DNA of 64,000 nt from contig CALVRE010000042.1 of NCBI GenBank assembly GCA_944358455.1, forward strand, positions 299 to 64,298. The letters are read 5' to 3'. Origin of the DNA: an uncultured Bacilli bacterium (GTDB lineage: Bacteria > Bacillota_I > Bacilli_A > RF39 > UBA660). Position 1 is the first letter of the stretch; each line of letters begins with the position of its first letter. Below the pieces are notes generated by a model, which was given only the letters and a program-made list of their open reading frames with translations, was not told the origin of the DNA and did no database searches. Shown one piece after another: positions 1-8,437 of the stretch. A program made the position numbers and the translations under genes.

Positions 1-2459
1 TCATTGATCAGCATCAAAAGAAAATTCAAACACGAAACGATGCTTGTAATAATCTGATTTTTCGTATAGATGATGCTCTACGTGACGCCAAATCAATATT
101 CTCTGATTCACAATCATTTGTTGATCCTCAAGCAGAAATTAAATGGAGAAATCGAAATGGTAACATATTAGCAGATTCCAAAATGCATAAAATCAAATGG
201 CTGAAAAAGGCTACCAATTACAAAGTATTATCTATCAAGATACTTGAATTAATTGATATTGATCAATCTATGTCTCAAAAAATTCTTCAACACAATGAGC
301 ATGCTATACGCATGAAAGTACAGGAAGCATATTCTCTTATTGGAGATGTTGAGGGTCGAAAACTTGATCAACAACAAATGACTTGTATTGTCAAAGAAGC
401 ACACAATCATTTAGTAATAGCTGGTGCTGGAACGGGGAAAACAACCACTATTGTCGGAAAAATCAAATATTTACTTAAAACAGGTAAATACTTACCACAA
501 GATATTTTGGTGTTGTCATTCACAAATGCCTCTGCATCTGAAATGAAGGAGCGCATTTTTTCCGAGACTGGGCATAATATTGCCGCTTCAACTTTTCATA
601 AACTTGGTTTAAATATTATATCACAAGTTGATAACGTAATGCCGAAAATAACTCGACTTAATCTACAAAAGTTTGTTAAAGATCAACTCATGTTGAATAT
701 GCAATCTGATGTATATCTCCATATGCTAAGTTCTTATTTACTGTATAATCGTGTGGTAGCAAAATCAGAGTTTGAGTTCAAATCGCAGAACGAATATGAT
801 GAATACTTGAGATTAAATCCACCAACCACAGTTAATAACGAAACTGTTAAAAGCTATGGAGAAATGGATATAGCTAACTTTTTAATGCAAAACGGTATAC
901 GGTATATTTATGAACATCCTTACGAAGTAGATACTCGCACTAGAGAATATGGGCAGTATTACCCGGACTTCTATCTTCCAGATTATAAAATTTATATTGA
1001 ATATTTTGGAATCAATCGAAACGGAGAAGCTCCATCTTATTTCAAATCTACAGATGGAATGACCGCTACAGAGTCTTATCGTGCATCCATGAGATGGAAA
1101 CACAATATACATCGCGAACATCATACCACGATGATTGAATGCTATGCCTATGAAAAACTAGAAGGAAATTTACTTGATTCCTTAAAAAATAAACTCGAAG
1201 ATGCGTCGGTTGTTTTAATGCCGAAATCTGCCAAAGATCTATGGACACAAGTTTCTGATGAGGGAGATTCTTTACTTGACGGTATTGTCGAATTATTTGA
1301 AACTTTGATCAACCTGATCAAGGGCAATGGGTATGATATAACAGCCGTTCGCAATTTGAATCATGCTGGTAGCAACACACAGACTAATAATACTTTACTT
1401 TCACTATTGGATCCAATTTTCAATGCTTACTGTCAATATCTTTTAGAACATGAAGAAATTGATTTTAATGATATGATTAGTTTTGCTTCCGAATATATAC
1501 GGCAAGGAAAATATACCAATCCTTACAAATATGTGATTGTGGATGAATATCAAGATATATCTAAGACTCGTTTTACACTTTTGGACTGCTTGCGAAAATC
1601 AAATGATTTTGATCTTTTCTGCGTTGGTGATGATTGGCAAAGTATATATCGTTTTGCTGGAAGTGATATTGGGTTCATCCTTAATTTTTCAAAATATTGG
1701 GGTGCAACAGAAATCAGCAGAATTGAAACTACATATCGTTTCTCGCAAAAGTTAATTGAAATAAGCAGTGGATTTATTATGCAAAATCCTGTTCAAATAA
1801 AAAAATCTATCAAAGGAAAAGCCGATAGTTTTAGATTCCCTCTTGGTGAAATTTCTGGCTATAATGATAAATATGCGATTGAATTTATGACAAAAAAACT
1901 AAATGATATTCCTAAAGGAAGTACTGTATTTTTCATTGGAAGATATTCTTTTGACGCCAAATTATTGTATGATAGCGAACTATTTTCCTATCAGCATAAC
2001 AGCGCAGATGGTTTTGTTGATATAAAAATTAAATGTCGTCCTGATCTAAAAATGAAATTTTTGACAGCACATAAATCAAAGGGCTTGCAAGCTGATTACA
2101 TATTTATAATAAATAATAAAAAATCAAGGATGGGATTTCCAAGTAAAATCCAGGACGCTCCAATTTTAAATTTGTTACTTGATAATTGTGACCACTATCC
2201 TCACGCGGAAGAGCGCCGTCTATTTTATGTGGCTTTAACCAGAGCGAAAACGAAAGCTTTTATTGTTACCGTCAAAGGACAAGAATCTGAATTTGCAATG
2301 GAACTTAAAGAACGATATAAAGATGATTTGAAAAAAGAGCAGTTTGAATGTCCTCTTTGTGGTGGACAATTGGTAAAGCATTCCGGTCCATATGGCGAGT
2401 TTTTTGGTTGCTCCAATTATTACACAAACAAATGCAACTACACAAGAAAAATTAGATAA
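1..2459 (+). CDS. SF1 UvrD-like helicase paralog 1, with an internal Vsr/DUF559-like putative nuclease insert and a C-terminal topoisomerase-type C4 Zn ribbon. Probably 5'-partial: the frame is open to the window start and the listed ORF begins at the ATG at 183.
   Basis: Walker A VIAGAGTGKTTT, Walker B VIVDEYQD, motif III GDDWQSIYRFAGS, motif VI TAHKSKGLQADYIF and AEERRLFYVALTR are all present. A ~370-aa insert between Walker A and Walker B carries YYPDF..KIYIEYFGI, resembling the Vsr PDF..hGCFWH pattern. The C-terminus has CPLCGG...GEFFGCSNY. There is no stop codon and no RBS upstream of the ATG at 183, and the in-frame translation from position 3 reads like protein. Confidence 0.8.
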   Translation, partial: IDQHQKKIQTRNDACNNLIFRIDDALRDAKSIFSDSQSFVDPQAEIKWRNRNGNILADSKMHKIKWLKKATNYKVLSIKILELIDIDQSMSQKILQHNEHAIRMKVQEAYSLIGDVEGRKLDQQQMTCIVKEAHNHLVIAGAGTGKTTTIVGKIKYLLKTGKYLPQDILVLSFTNASASEMKERIFSETGHNIAASTFHKLGLNIISQVDNVMPKITRLNLQKFVKDQLMLNMQSDVYLHMLSSYLLYNRVVAKSEFEFKSQNEYDEYLRLNPPTTVNNETVKSYGEMDIANFLMQNGIRYIYEHPYEVDTRTREYGQYYPDFYLPDYKIYIEYFGINRNGEAPSYFKSTDGMTATESYRASMRWKHNIHREHHTTMIECYAYEKLEGNLLDSLKNKLEDASVVLMPKSAKDLWTQVSDEGDSLLDGIVELFETLINLIKGNGYDITAVRNLNHAGSNTQTNNTLLSLLDPIFNAYCQYLLEHEEIDFNDMISFASEYIRQGKYTNPYKYVIVDEYQDISKTRFTLLDCLRKSNDFDLFCVGDDWQSIYRFAGSDIGFILNFSKYWGATEISRIETTYRFSQKLIEISSGFIMQNPVQIKKSIKGKADSFRFPLGEISGYNDKYAIEFMTKKLNDIPKGSTVFFIGRYSFDAKLLYDSELFSYQHNSADGFVDIKIKCRPDLKMKFLTAHKSKGLQADYIFIINNKKSRMGFPSKIQDAPILNLLLDNCDHYPHAEERRLFYVALTRAKTKAFIVTVKGQESEFAMELKERYKDDLKKEQFECPLCGGQLVKHSGPYGEFFGCSNYYTNKCNYTRKIR

Positions 2460-2566
2460 TACATTCTAATGCATCGACGAAAATATATAACTAATTTTCT
2501 AAAATTGTTAAAAGACTATGAACACTTCTTAACAATATAAGTTCATTTGTCAAACGAGTATCTTCC

Positions 2567-2595
2567 TTGACGATTTTCCTTTTTTAAATTATAAT
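2567..2595 (+). promoter_or_regulatory. Near-consensus sigma-A promoter, about 110 nt upstream of tRNA-Pro
   Basis: The -35 element is TTGACG (2567-2572), followed by a 17-nt spacer and TATAAT (2590-2595). A short hairpin GGTTGCAAGGTAACC plus T-run at 2661-2680 lies between the promoter and the tRNA. Confidence 0.5.
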
Positions 2596-2706
2596 TAGAA
2601 ATAAAAGATTGTGGTTATAAATTATTTCTTTAATGGGTGGTTATCTTGTTTTCTTTCACTGGTTGCAAGGTAACCTTTTTATACCATATTTAGAAAATAC
2701 ATAAAT

Positions 2707-2783
2707 CGGAGTGTAGTTCAGCTTGGTAGAATGCTGGCTTCGGGAGCTAGAGGTCGCAGGTTCAAATCCTGTCACTCCGACCA
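2707..2783 (+). tRNA. tRNA-Pro (anticodon CGG)
   Basis: A cloverleaf was folded by hand. It has a C1:G72 acceptor pair with A73, which is typical of bacterial tRNA-Pro. The anticodon stem is CTGGC/GCTAG with loop TTCGGGA, giving anticodon CGG and G37. The T-loop is TTCAAAT and CCA is encoded. Total length is 77 nt. Confidence 0.8.
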
Positions 2784-2851
2784 GTTTGATCATTCCATAT
2801 TTATAATATAATATTAAGTATCTTAATGATAAGAAAACTTAAATCATCGAT

Positions 2852-2878
2852 AAAAGATACCCATTGGGTATCTTTTTA
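2852..2878 (+). terminator. Rho-independent terminator after tRNA-Pro
   Basis: The hairpin is AGATACCC-ATT-GGGTATCT followed by TTTTT. It lies inside the 5' extension of the listed ZIP ORF, which argues for the later ZIP start at 2922. Confidence 0.55.
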
Positions 2879-2921
2879 TCATGTATCAATAAAGTTTTCA
2901 TATTCTTTAATAGGTGATAGT

Positions 2922-3680
2922 ATGGGACAAACAACATTTGCGTTTCTTTTAACTGTTCTGGCAGGTTTATCAACAATGATTGGAAGCATTCTTATTTTTA
3001 TTAAAGTAAACAATAGTAATAAATTAATTGCTAGTAGTCTAGGTTTTGCTGCTGGTGTTATGATGACAGTTTCTATTACGGATTTAATACCAGAATCTAT
3101 TCATTCGATCGAAAGTGTATATCGATTTGTTCCATCCCTATTAATTGTAGCAATTTTTATCACGATTGGCATTATATTTTCAATGATGATCGATCGATTT
3201 TTGCCAGAAGATTTAACTAATACGAATAAAAAAGGATTGTATAGGGTAGGAGTTATTTCCATGTTAGCCATTATCTTTCACAATATACCAGAAGGAATTG
3301 CGACTTTTATGACCACAAGTAGTCATATCACTCTTGGAATCGCCTTAACAATCGCCATAGCGATGCATAATATACCAGAGGGTATTTCGATATCGATTCC
3401 TATCTATTACGCGACAGGAAGTCGTTTAAAAGCGTTATTTTACACTTTTGTTTCTGGTTTATCAGAACCATTGGGCGCTATTTTGGCCTATTTGATACTT
3501 AGACCCTTTGTCAACGATATGATGATGGGATGTTTATATGCAATCATAGCAGGTATTATGTTACATATCTCCATTTATGAATTAATTCCTACCTCTTTTT
3601 CTTATCAGTATAAAAGAAGTAGTAAACGATGGATATTCATTGGAATTGTATTTATGCTCATCAATCATTTTCTTTTTTAG
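2922..3680 (+). CDS. ZIP-family metal (Zn) transporter, ZupT-like
   Basis: The protein is polytopic with duplicated HNIPEGIA and HNIPEGIS motifs typical of the ZIP family. The start was moved to the ATG at 2922, which has the RBS AGGTGA. Confidence 0.8.
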   Translation: MGQTTFAFLLTVLAGLSTMIGSILIFIKVNNSNKLIASSLGFAAGVMMTVSITDLIPESIHSIESVYRFVPSLLIVAIFITIGIIFSMMIDRFLPEDLTNTNKKGLYRVGVISMLAIIFHNIPEGIATFMTTSSHITLGIALTIAIAMHNIPEGISISIPIYYATGSRLKALFYTFVSGLSEPLGAILAYLILRPFVNDMMMGCLYAIIAGIMLHISIYELIPTSFSYQYKRSSKRWIFIGIVFMLINHFLF

Positions 3681-3703
3681 TAAAACATGTTACAATGGAG
3701 TAG

Positions 3704-3988
3704 GTGAGAAGTATGATAAAAGCATTTCAATATAAACCAAATGGAGTATGTTCGAAAAATATTATTTTTACAGTCGATGAAAATAATATCATTCGTGATT
3801 TAAGGGTCATTGGTGGTTGTCCTGGTAATTTACTAGGAATTAGTGCTTTAGTAAAAGGGCAAAAGATCGATGATGTAATCGAAAAATTAAAAGGAATTCG
3901 TTGTGGCAATAAAGTTACCTCATGTCCAGATCAAATTGCGATTGCATTAGAAAAATACAAAGATGAACAAATATTAAATGTAAAATAA
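3704..3988 (+). CDS. TIGR03905-like small 4-Cys protein
   Basis: A 94-aa protein with conserved Cys residues (GGCPGN...CGNK.TSCPDQ). RBS is GGAGTAGGTGAG. Confidence 0.6.
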   Translation: MRSMIKAFQYKPNGVCSKNIIFTVDENNIIRDLRVIGGCPGNLLGISALVKGQKIDDVIEKLKGIRCGNKVTSCPDQIAIALEKYKDEQILNVK

Positions 3989-4018
3989 AAAGAGATAACA
4001 ATTGTTTATCTCTTTTCA
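3985..4018. terminator. Bidirectional Rho-independent terminator
   Basis: The stem is AGAGATAA/TTATCTCT with A-runs and T-runs flanking on both sides. Confidence 0.55.
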
Positions 4019-4023
4019 TTGGG

Positions 4024-4224
4024 TTATTTGCAATCTCTTAGTTCAAATGAATGATCTGAATTTTCATCATATTCGAATGAATGATCTTCAGACTCAAAAC
4101 CGATGTTTTGATCATTTGAATTCATTTTACTCTTACAGTCAGTTACTTGATTATTTTTCTTGTTACTAACTTGTTTGTTACTTTTATTGGTAACATTAGA
4201 GTTTTTATTCTTATTCTTTGCCAT
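4024..4224 (-). CDS. Small low-complexity protein (N/K-rich N-terminus, acidic DHSFE-repeat C-terminus); hypothetical
   Basis: An ORF with an RBS (GGTGA) before the internal ATG (MAKNK...). It sits between the two helicase paralogs. Low complexity makes coding status uncertain. Confidence 0.3.
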   Translation of the reverse strand: MAKNKNKNSNVTNKSNKQVSNKKNNQVTDCKSKMNSNDQNIGFESEDHSFEYDENSDHSFELRDCK

Positions 4225-4358
4225 TTTCATCACCCATTAGTAGTATGGCTAAAAACATAGATTATATGCTGATAACATTATTCCATTATTTTCCAATAAA
4301 ACGATGCGCATTGTTAATTTTTATGATATACTATAAGCAATAATAGAGTAGGTGACAT

Positions 4359-6938
4359 ATGCATAACATCGAACATTTATTACAAGAAGAAAAATACATA
4401 TCTAGAAGTGATCTATTTATAAATGATCTTATGGAAACAAAATACTTACAACAAGCAGACTATCACAACAAACTCTTTATTCGAAAAAAATTAAAAGAGT
4501 ATAAAGAATATTTCGATCACATTTTAGATAAAGAAAATAAAAATATTAAATTGGATTTTGAACAGCGACTGGCTATCTTAACAGATGAAGATTATAATTT
4601 AATTATTGCTGGTGCAGGAAGTGGTAAAACGACAACAATGGTTGCCAAGATTAAATATTTAATTGAAAAGTGTCATATTCCTGGAAATCAAATTTTAGCT
4701 ATGTCTTTTGCCAGAAAAAACGTTATGGAACTCGACGAAAAATTAAACAAAATCTATCAACTTGGTGTCGATGTAAAAACATTTCATAAATTAGGATGCG
4801 AACTAATTGGAATCGACCGTAATACTCCTGTACGTGTCATTAGCCAAAATGTTCAAAAAGACATTATTTTAGATTTTTTAAAAAATGACATATATCAAGA
4901 TAAACAACTTTTGCATGATACAGTTAATTTTTTAAGTTGTTACTTCTATGCTGATCCTCATCTATCAGAATTTGAAAGTTTCGACGAATATAAAAAATAT
5001 AAATATGATACACAATACGAATCATTAAAGGGAAATCTAGGAGAGTACAATAAGACGATTATCGATAAGCGTAGAAAAGCAAAGATCAGTATCCAAAATG
5101 AATTTTTACGTTCGTATGAAGAACTAAAAATCGCGAATTTCTTATTTTTAAATGGGATTGAATATGAGTACGAAAAGCGATATCCGTTTCCAGCAGGAGA
5201 TGTTGTTTACTATCCGGATTTTACAATTAAGCAGGGAGAAAATATCGTTTATCTAGAACATTTTGGAATTCATCAAAATGGGTCAAGTGATATCTATAGT
5301 GCAGATGTGTTGCATAAATATTTGCATGAAATTGACATCAAAAAGCAATGGCACGAGCAAAATAAGACAAAGATGATATGTACCTATTCGCAATATAACG
5401 ATGGTCGATCACTGCTAGTACACCTGGAAGAACTATTGACTCAAAATGGATTTATTTTACACAAATTGGATGAAAAATCTGTATATGATAAGTTATTTGA
5501 AACATCACAAAACACGCAATTTTATGCCTATTTAATCTTAGCTTTATCATTTATAGCAAAATTTAAATTAACCTATTATCAATCTAGTTATTTTGATCAA
5601 CTGATGCAAACAACCGATAATGAGCGAACCTTTCAATTTTTAAAGTTGACAAAAAAAGTTTACCAAGCTTATCAAGATTATTTAACAAATCACCATTTAA
5701 TTGATTTTGAAGACATGATTATCCAGTCGATCGATGTATTAAGTCATACCAAAAAGGAATCGTTCCCGTTTCAATACCAGTATGTAATCGTAGATGAATA
5801 CCAAGATATTTCTGATCAAAGATTCGAATTGTTACGAAAATTTGTCATGTTATTAGGTGCAAAAGTGATCGCCGTTGGAGATGATTGGCAATCAATTTTC
5901 GCTTTTGCTGGTTCAAATGTTAGTTTATTTACTCAATTTGAAGAAGTAATGGGATATGCAGAGATTTTAAGAATCCAGAATACGTATCGCAATAGTCAAG
6001 AGTTAATCGATGTAGCAAGTGAATTTGTCGAAAAAAATAATGTACAAATTCATAAAGAGTTACATTCTAATATTCATCTTGATAAGCCGGTTGTAGTATA
6101 TTCTTATGATGATTACCATGCATCTTCAACTAATAAGGGGATATTAATTACTAAAATTATTCAAGATATTATAAAAGAATATTCACCACAAAACAAGATT
6201 CTTTTAATTGGTCGTTACCAAAATGATTTGGATCGATTACTAACAACAGGCCTTTTCCAAAAAGGACAAGGAAATCATGTTATCTGTACTAGTATTCCAA
6301 GTGCACGACTTTATTTCGCTACAGCCCATGGTTCCAAGGGAGTAGAGTATGATAATGTCATTATTATCAACGCGATCGATTCAACCTATGGTTTTCCTTC
6401 TAAAGTAAAAGATGATCCGATTTTCCTATTATTTGGAGATAAAAGAAATTTAGCATATGCCGAAGAGAGAAGACTGTTTTACGTTGCCTTGACACGAACA
6501 AAGAGTAGGGTATATATTATCGTTCCTGCTTCTAAACCATCTCCGTTTGTGTTAGAATTAAAAGAGAATATCCATGTTGAATTTAAAGATGATGTAGTAA
6601 AAAATTATCAAAATCAAATTGAAAGTTTAACATGTCCACACTGTGGTTTTTATTTAAAACGAGAATATTTTGACCCAATGAATCAATACGTATATCGTTG
6701 TACCAATGATAAAAATATATGTGATTTTATCACGACAGAATTAACTTATAAAGTTCCTATCAAACCATGTCCAAAATGTAAGAAAGGGTTTATCATATTT
6801 AAAACTATAGTTTCCAATCATGACCAAAAGTTATTGATGTGTGGTTGTACCAATTACCGAGAAGAAGAAATTGCATGCACGCATGTAGAGTACTTTCCTT
6901 GGAACAAGGCAGAGACTGATACTGTTACTCAGAGATAA
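4359..6938 (+). CDS. SF1 UvrD-like helicase paralog 2, with the same nuclease-like insert and two C-terminal Zn ribbons
   Basis: IAGAGSGKTTT, VIVDEYQD, GDDWQSIFAFAGS, TAHGSKG and AEERRLFYVALTR are present. The insert carries YYPDF..IVYLEHFGI. The C-terminus has CPHCG...YRCTN and CPKCKKG...MCGCTNY. RBS is TAGGTGA. Confidence 0.85.
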   Translation: MHNIEHLLQEEKYISRSDLFINDLMETKYLQQADYHNKLFIRKKLKEYKEYFDHILDKENKNIKLDFEQRLAILTDEDYNLIIAGAGSGKTTTMVAKIKYLIEKCHIPGNQILAMSFARKNVMELDEKLNKIYQLGVDVKTFHKLGCELIGIDRNTPVRVISQNVQKDIILDFLKNDIYQDKQLLHDTVNFLSCYFYADPHLSEFESFDEYKKYKYDTQYESLKGNLGEYNKTIIDKRRKAKISIQNEFLRSYEELKIANFLFLNGIEYEYEKRYPFPAGDVVYYPDFTIKQGENIVYLEHFGIHQNGSSDIYSADVLHKYLHEIDIKKQWHEQNKTKMICTYSQYNDGRSLLVHLEELLTQNGFILHKLDEKSVYDKLFETSQNTQFYAYLILALSFIAKFKLTYYQSSYFDQLMQTTDNERTFQFLKLTKKVYQAYQDYLTNHHLIDFEDMIIQSIDVLSHTKKESFPFQYQYVIVDEYQDISDQRFELLRKFVMLLGAKVIAVGDDWQSIFAFAGSNVSLFTQFEEVMGYAEILRIQNTYRNSQELIDVASEFVEKNNVQIHKELHSNIHLDKPVVVYSYDDYHASSTNKGILITKIIQDIIKEYSPQNKILLIGRYQNDLDRLLTTGLFQKGQGNHVICTSIPSARLYFATAHGSKGVEYDNVIIINAIDSTYGFPSKVKDDPIFLLFGDKRNLAYAEERRLFYVALTRTKSRVYIIVPASKPSPFVLELKENIHVEFKDDVVKNYQNQIESLTCPHCGFYLKREYFDPMNQYVYRCTNDKNICDFITTELTYKVPIKPCPKCKKGFIIFKTIVSNHDQKLLMCGCTNYREEEIACTHVEYFPWNKAETDTVTQR

Positions 6939-7542
6939 TAAAAAGTAAAAATATATAGAAGTTAACATAATATAGATTATAGTAAGTTATATATTTTTAA
7001 TAATTATTCGAATAGTTATTCATTTTAAAGTAAATATTGAATGTGAATTATCTTATTTTAGATAGTTCTTTTTTATTATTCTCAAGAATTATTTTTATAT
7101 TCGAAAGATTTTTGTATTATGATTCATTTGTTATTGTGATTATTTTTATTACATTATTTTAATCTAATCTTTTCCATTATTTAAATTGATATATGATACC
7201 ATGTTGTATATTTTAATTTGAGATGGACAGTTATTCATCTATTCTTCTTTTTTAGCGCTACAAAGCGCGTTATACATGTCTATGACCTACTCTCCTATTT
7301 GTTATGATAATAGTAGGGGGGTTAACAAAAAATTAATAGGGGAGTTGTTACTTTGTAAAAACGTTTTATGAATCGATATTTTATCGTAAACGTATAACTC
7401 TAAACAAGTCTTGTAAATATCGAATATATGATTCATATTAACAAGGGTAAGTAGAAATGAAATTTTGTTATGAAATGGATCGTTATTTTATATCGATAAA
7501 AATACTCTCTCCTACTCTATTAAAAAAAACACCGAGTAGGTG

Positions 7543-8331
7543 TTAATTTACTTTTCGTGATTGAATTTCTGCGATTTTTTCGAATACTTCAGCTGCATTC
7601 TTTTCATTGATTTCCGTATATCCTAATTCTTTTAGGGCTTGAACTTTGATCGTATTAAGTTCTAAAGTACGACTCATTTTTTCTTCTCTACGATGTTCTA
7701 TTTGATTTACAAAACGTTTATGGGATTCCGCAATTCTAGATTTAGATGCACCACCATTATTATATAAAGTCATTCCAGAGAACATGATACTTTCAAAGAT
7801 AAATTGATCATCTTCATCAAACACAAATTCAAGTGGCTTTACAAAACCAGTTGCCTTTGCTACATAAGCCAAAATGTACTTTAATTCTTTTGATGAATCC
7901 AATGATTGAATGAAATGATAAAGATAACGGAAAGTATGATATGCTTGATCGCTATTTCGTTCGCTATCATCTTCTAGTTTTTCTTTGATCAATTCGATAA
8001 TATTATGTAATAATTCTTTATCTCTTTTGTTTAGGCCATTATAAATATTACTACTATCATTAAATTCATTTTTCGCATTGTTTTCAAATAATGCATTAAT
8101 TCTCGTTTCTACATTCATAATATAATCAGTGTCTACTTTAATATTATTGATTTCATCTGGTGATTTAATACCAAGTAGATTTAGTAGTAACACTTTTTTA
8201 TCTTTTGGCCATTTATTAATATCATCTAGTTCCAAATAATTATAGATCATTTGTCTAGATACACCTAAATACTTCGCTAGTTTTACTTTTGAAATGCCTA
8301 ATTCATGTAAAATGTCATTTAGTTTTTCCAT
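7543..8331 (-). CDS. XRE-family HTH transcriptional regulator with a ~200-aa C-terminal domain of unknown function
   Basis: The N-terminal HTH is LAKYLGVSRQMIYNYLE. The start was set at MEKLN, which has the RBS AGGAGG. Confidence 0.7.
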   Translation of the reverse strand: MEKLNDILHELGISKVKLAKYLGVSRQMIYNYLELDDINKWPKDKKVLLLNLLGIKSPDEINNIKVDTDYIMNVETRINALFENNAKNEFNDSSNIYNGLNKRDKELLHNIIELIKEKLEDDSERNSDQAYHTFRYLYHFIQSLDSSKELKYILAYVAKATGFVKPLEFVFDEDDQFIFESIMFSGMTLYNNGGASKSRIAESHKRFVNQIEHRREEKMSRTLELNTIKVQALKELGYTEINEKNAAEVFEKIAEIQSRKVN

Positions 8332-8437
8332 ATTTTTAAAACCTCCTATTATCATTTTATCATTTCCCTGTCAAATGTCAAGTGTAAAGTAAAAGTATAG
8401 TTAAAAAGTTAAAAAAAGAGGGGAACTCCCCTACTAA

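Noticed and set aside
882-1354. Antisense or alternative-frame ORFs nested inside long genes (for example 882..1124, 1066..1248, 1148..1354, 9703..9951, 14742..15119, 27008..27295, 28029..28316, 58194..58529, 61505..61714)
   Set aside because: They overlap strongly supported genes on the opposite strand, have odd composition (Cys/Arg/Ser-rich, from reading AT-rich codons in reverse), and lack RBS signals.
2826-2921. A 32-codon upstream extension of the ZIP transporter ORF
   Set aside because: It contains the tRNA terminator hairpin (2852-2878) and has no RBS. The ATG at 2922 has AGGTGA at the proper spacing.
7230-7345. Possible T-box or riboswitch leader in the AT-rich gap
   Set aside because: There is no T-box consensus (AATTAGGGTGGTACCGCG-like) or other riboswitch core motif that I could recognise by eye.
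7495-7545. Inverted repeat CTCCTACTC...GAGTAGGTG downstream of the XRE gene as a terminator
   Set aside because: The A/T run lies inside the 16-nt loop rather than after the stem, so it is not a canonical intrinsic terminator. It is kept only as part of the repeat observation in the AT-rich gap.
8331-8355. N-terminal extensions given as M in the ORF track (XRE MIIGGFKN, mnmA MICM, smc MEVM, 32068-gene MNGGKH, pilC MFFA, TasA-like MKNIVKEVTIKLELGGY)
   Set aside because: The M of several of these extensions is a GTG or TTG codon lying inside or immediately after the Shine-Dalgarno sequence. In every case an ATG a few codons downstream has proper RBS spacing and gives the canonical protein N-terminus.
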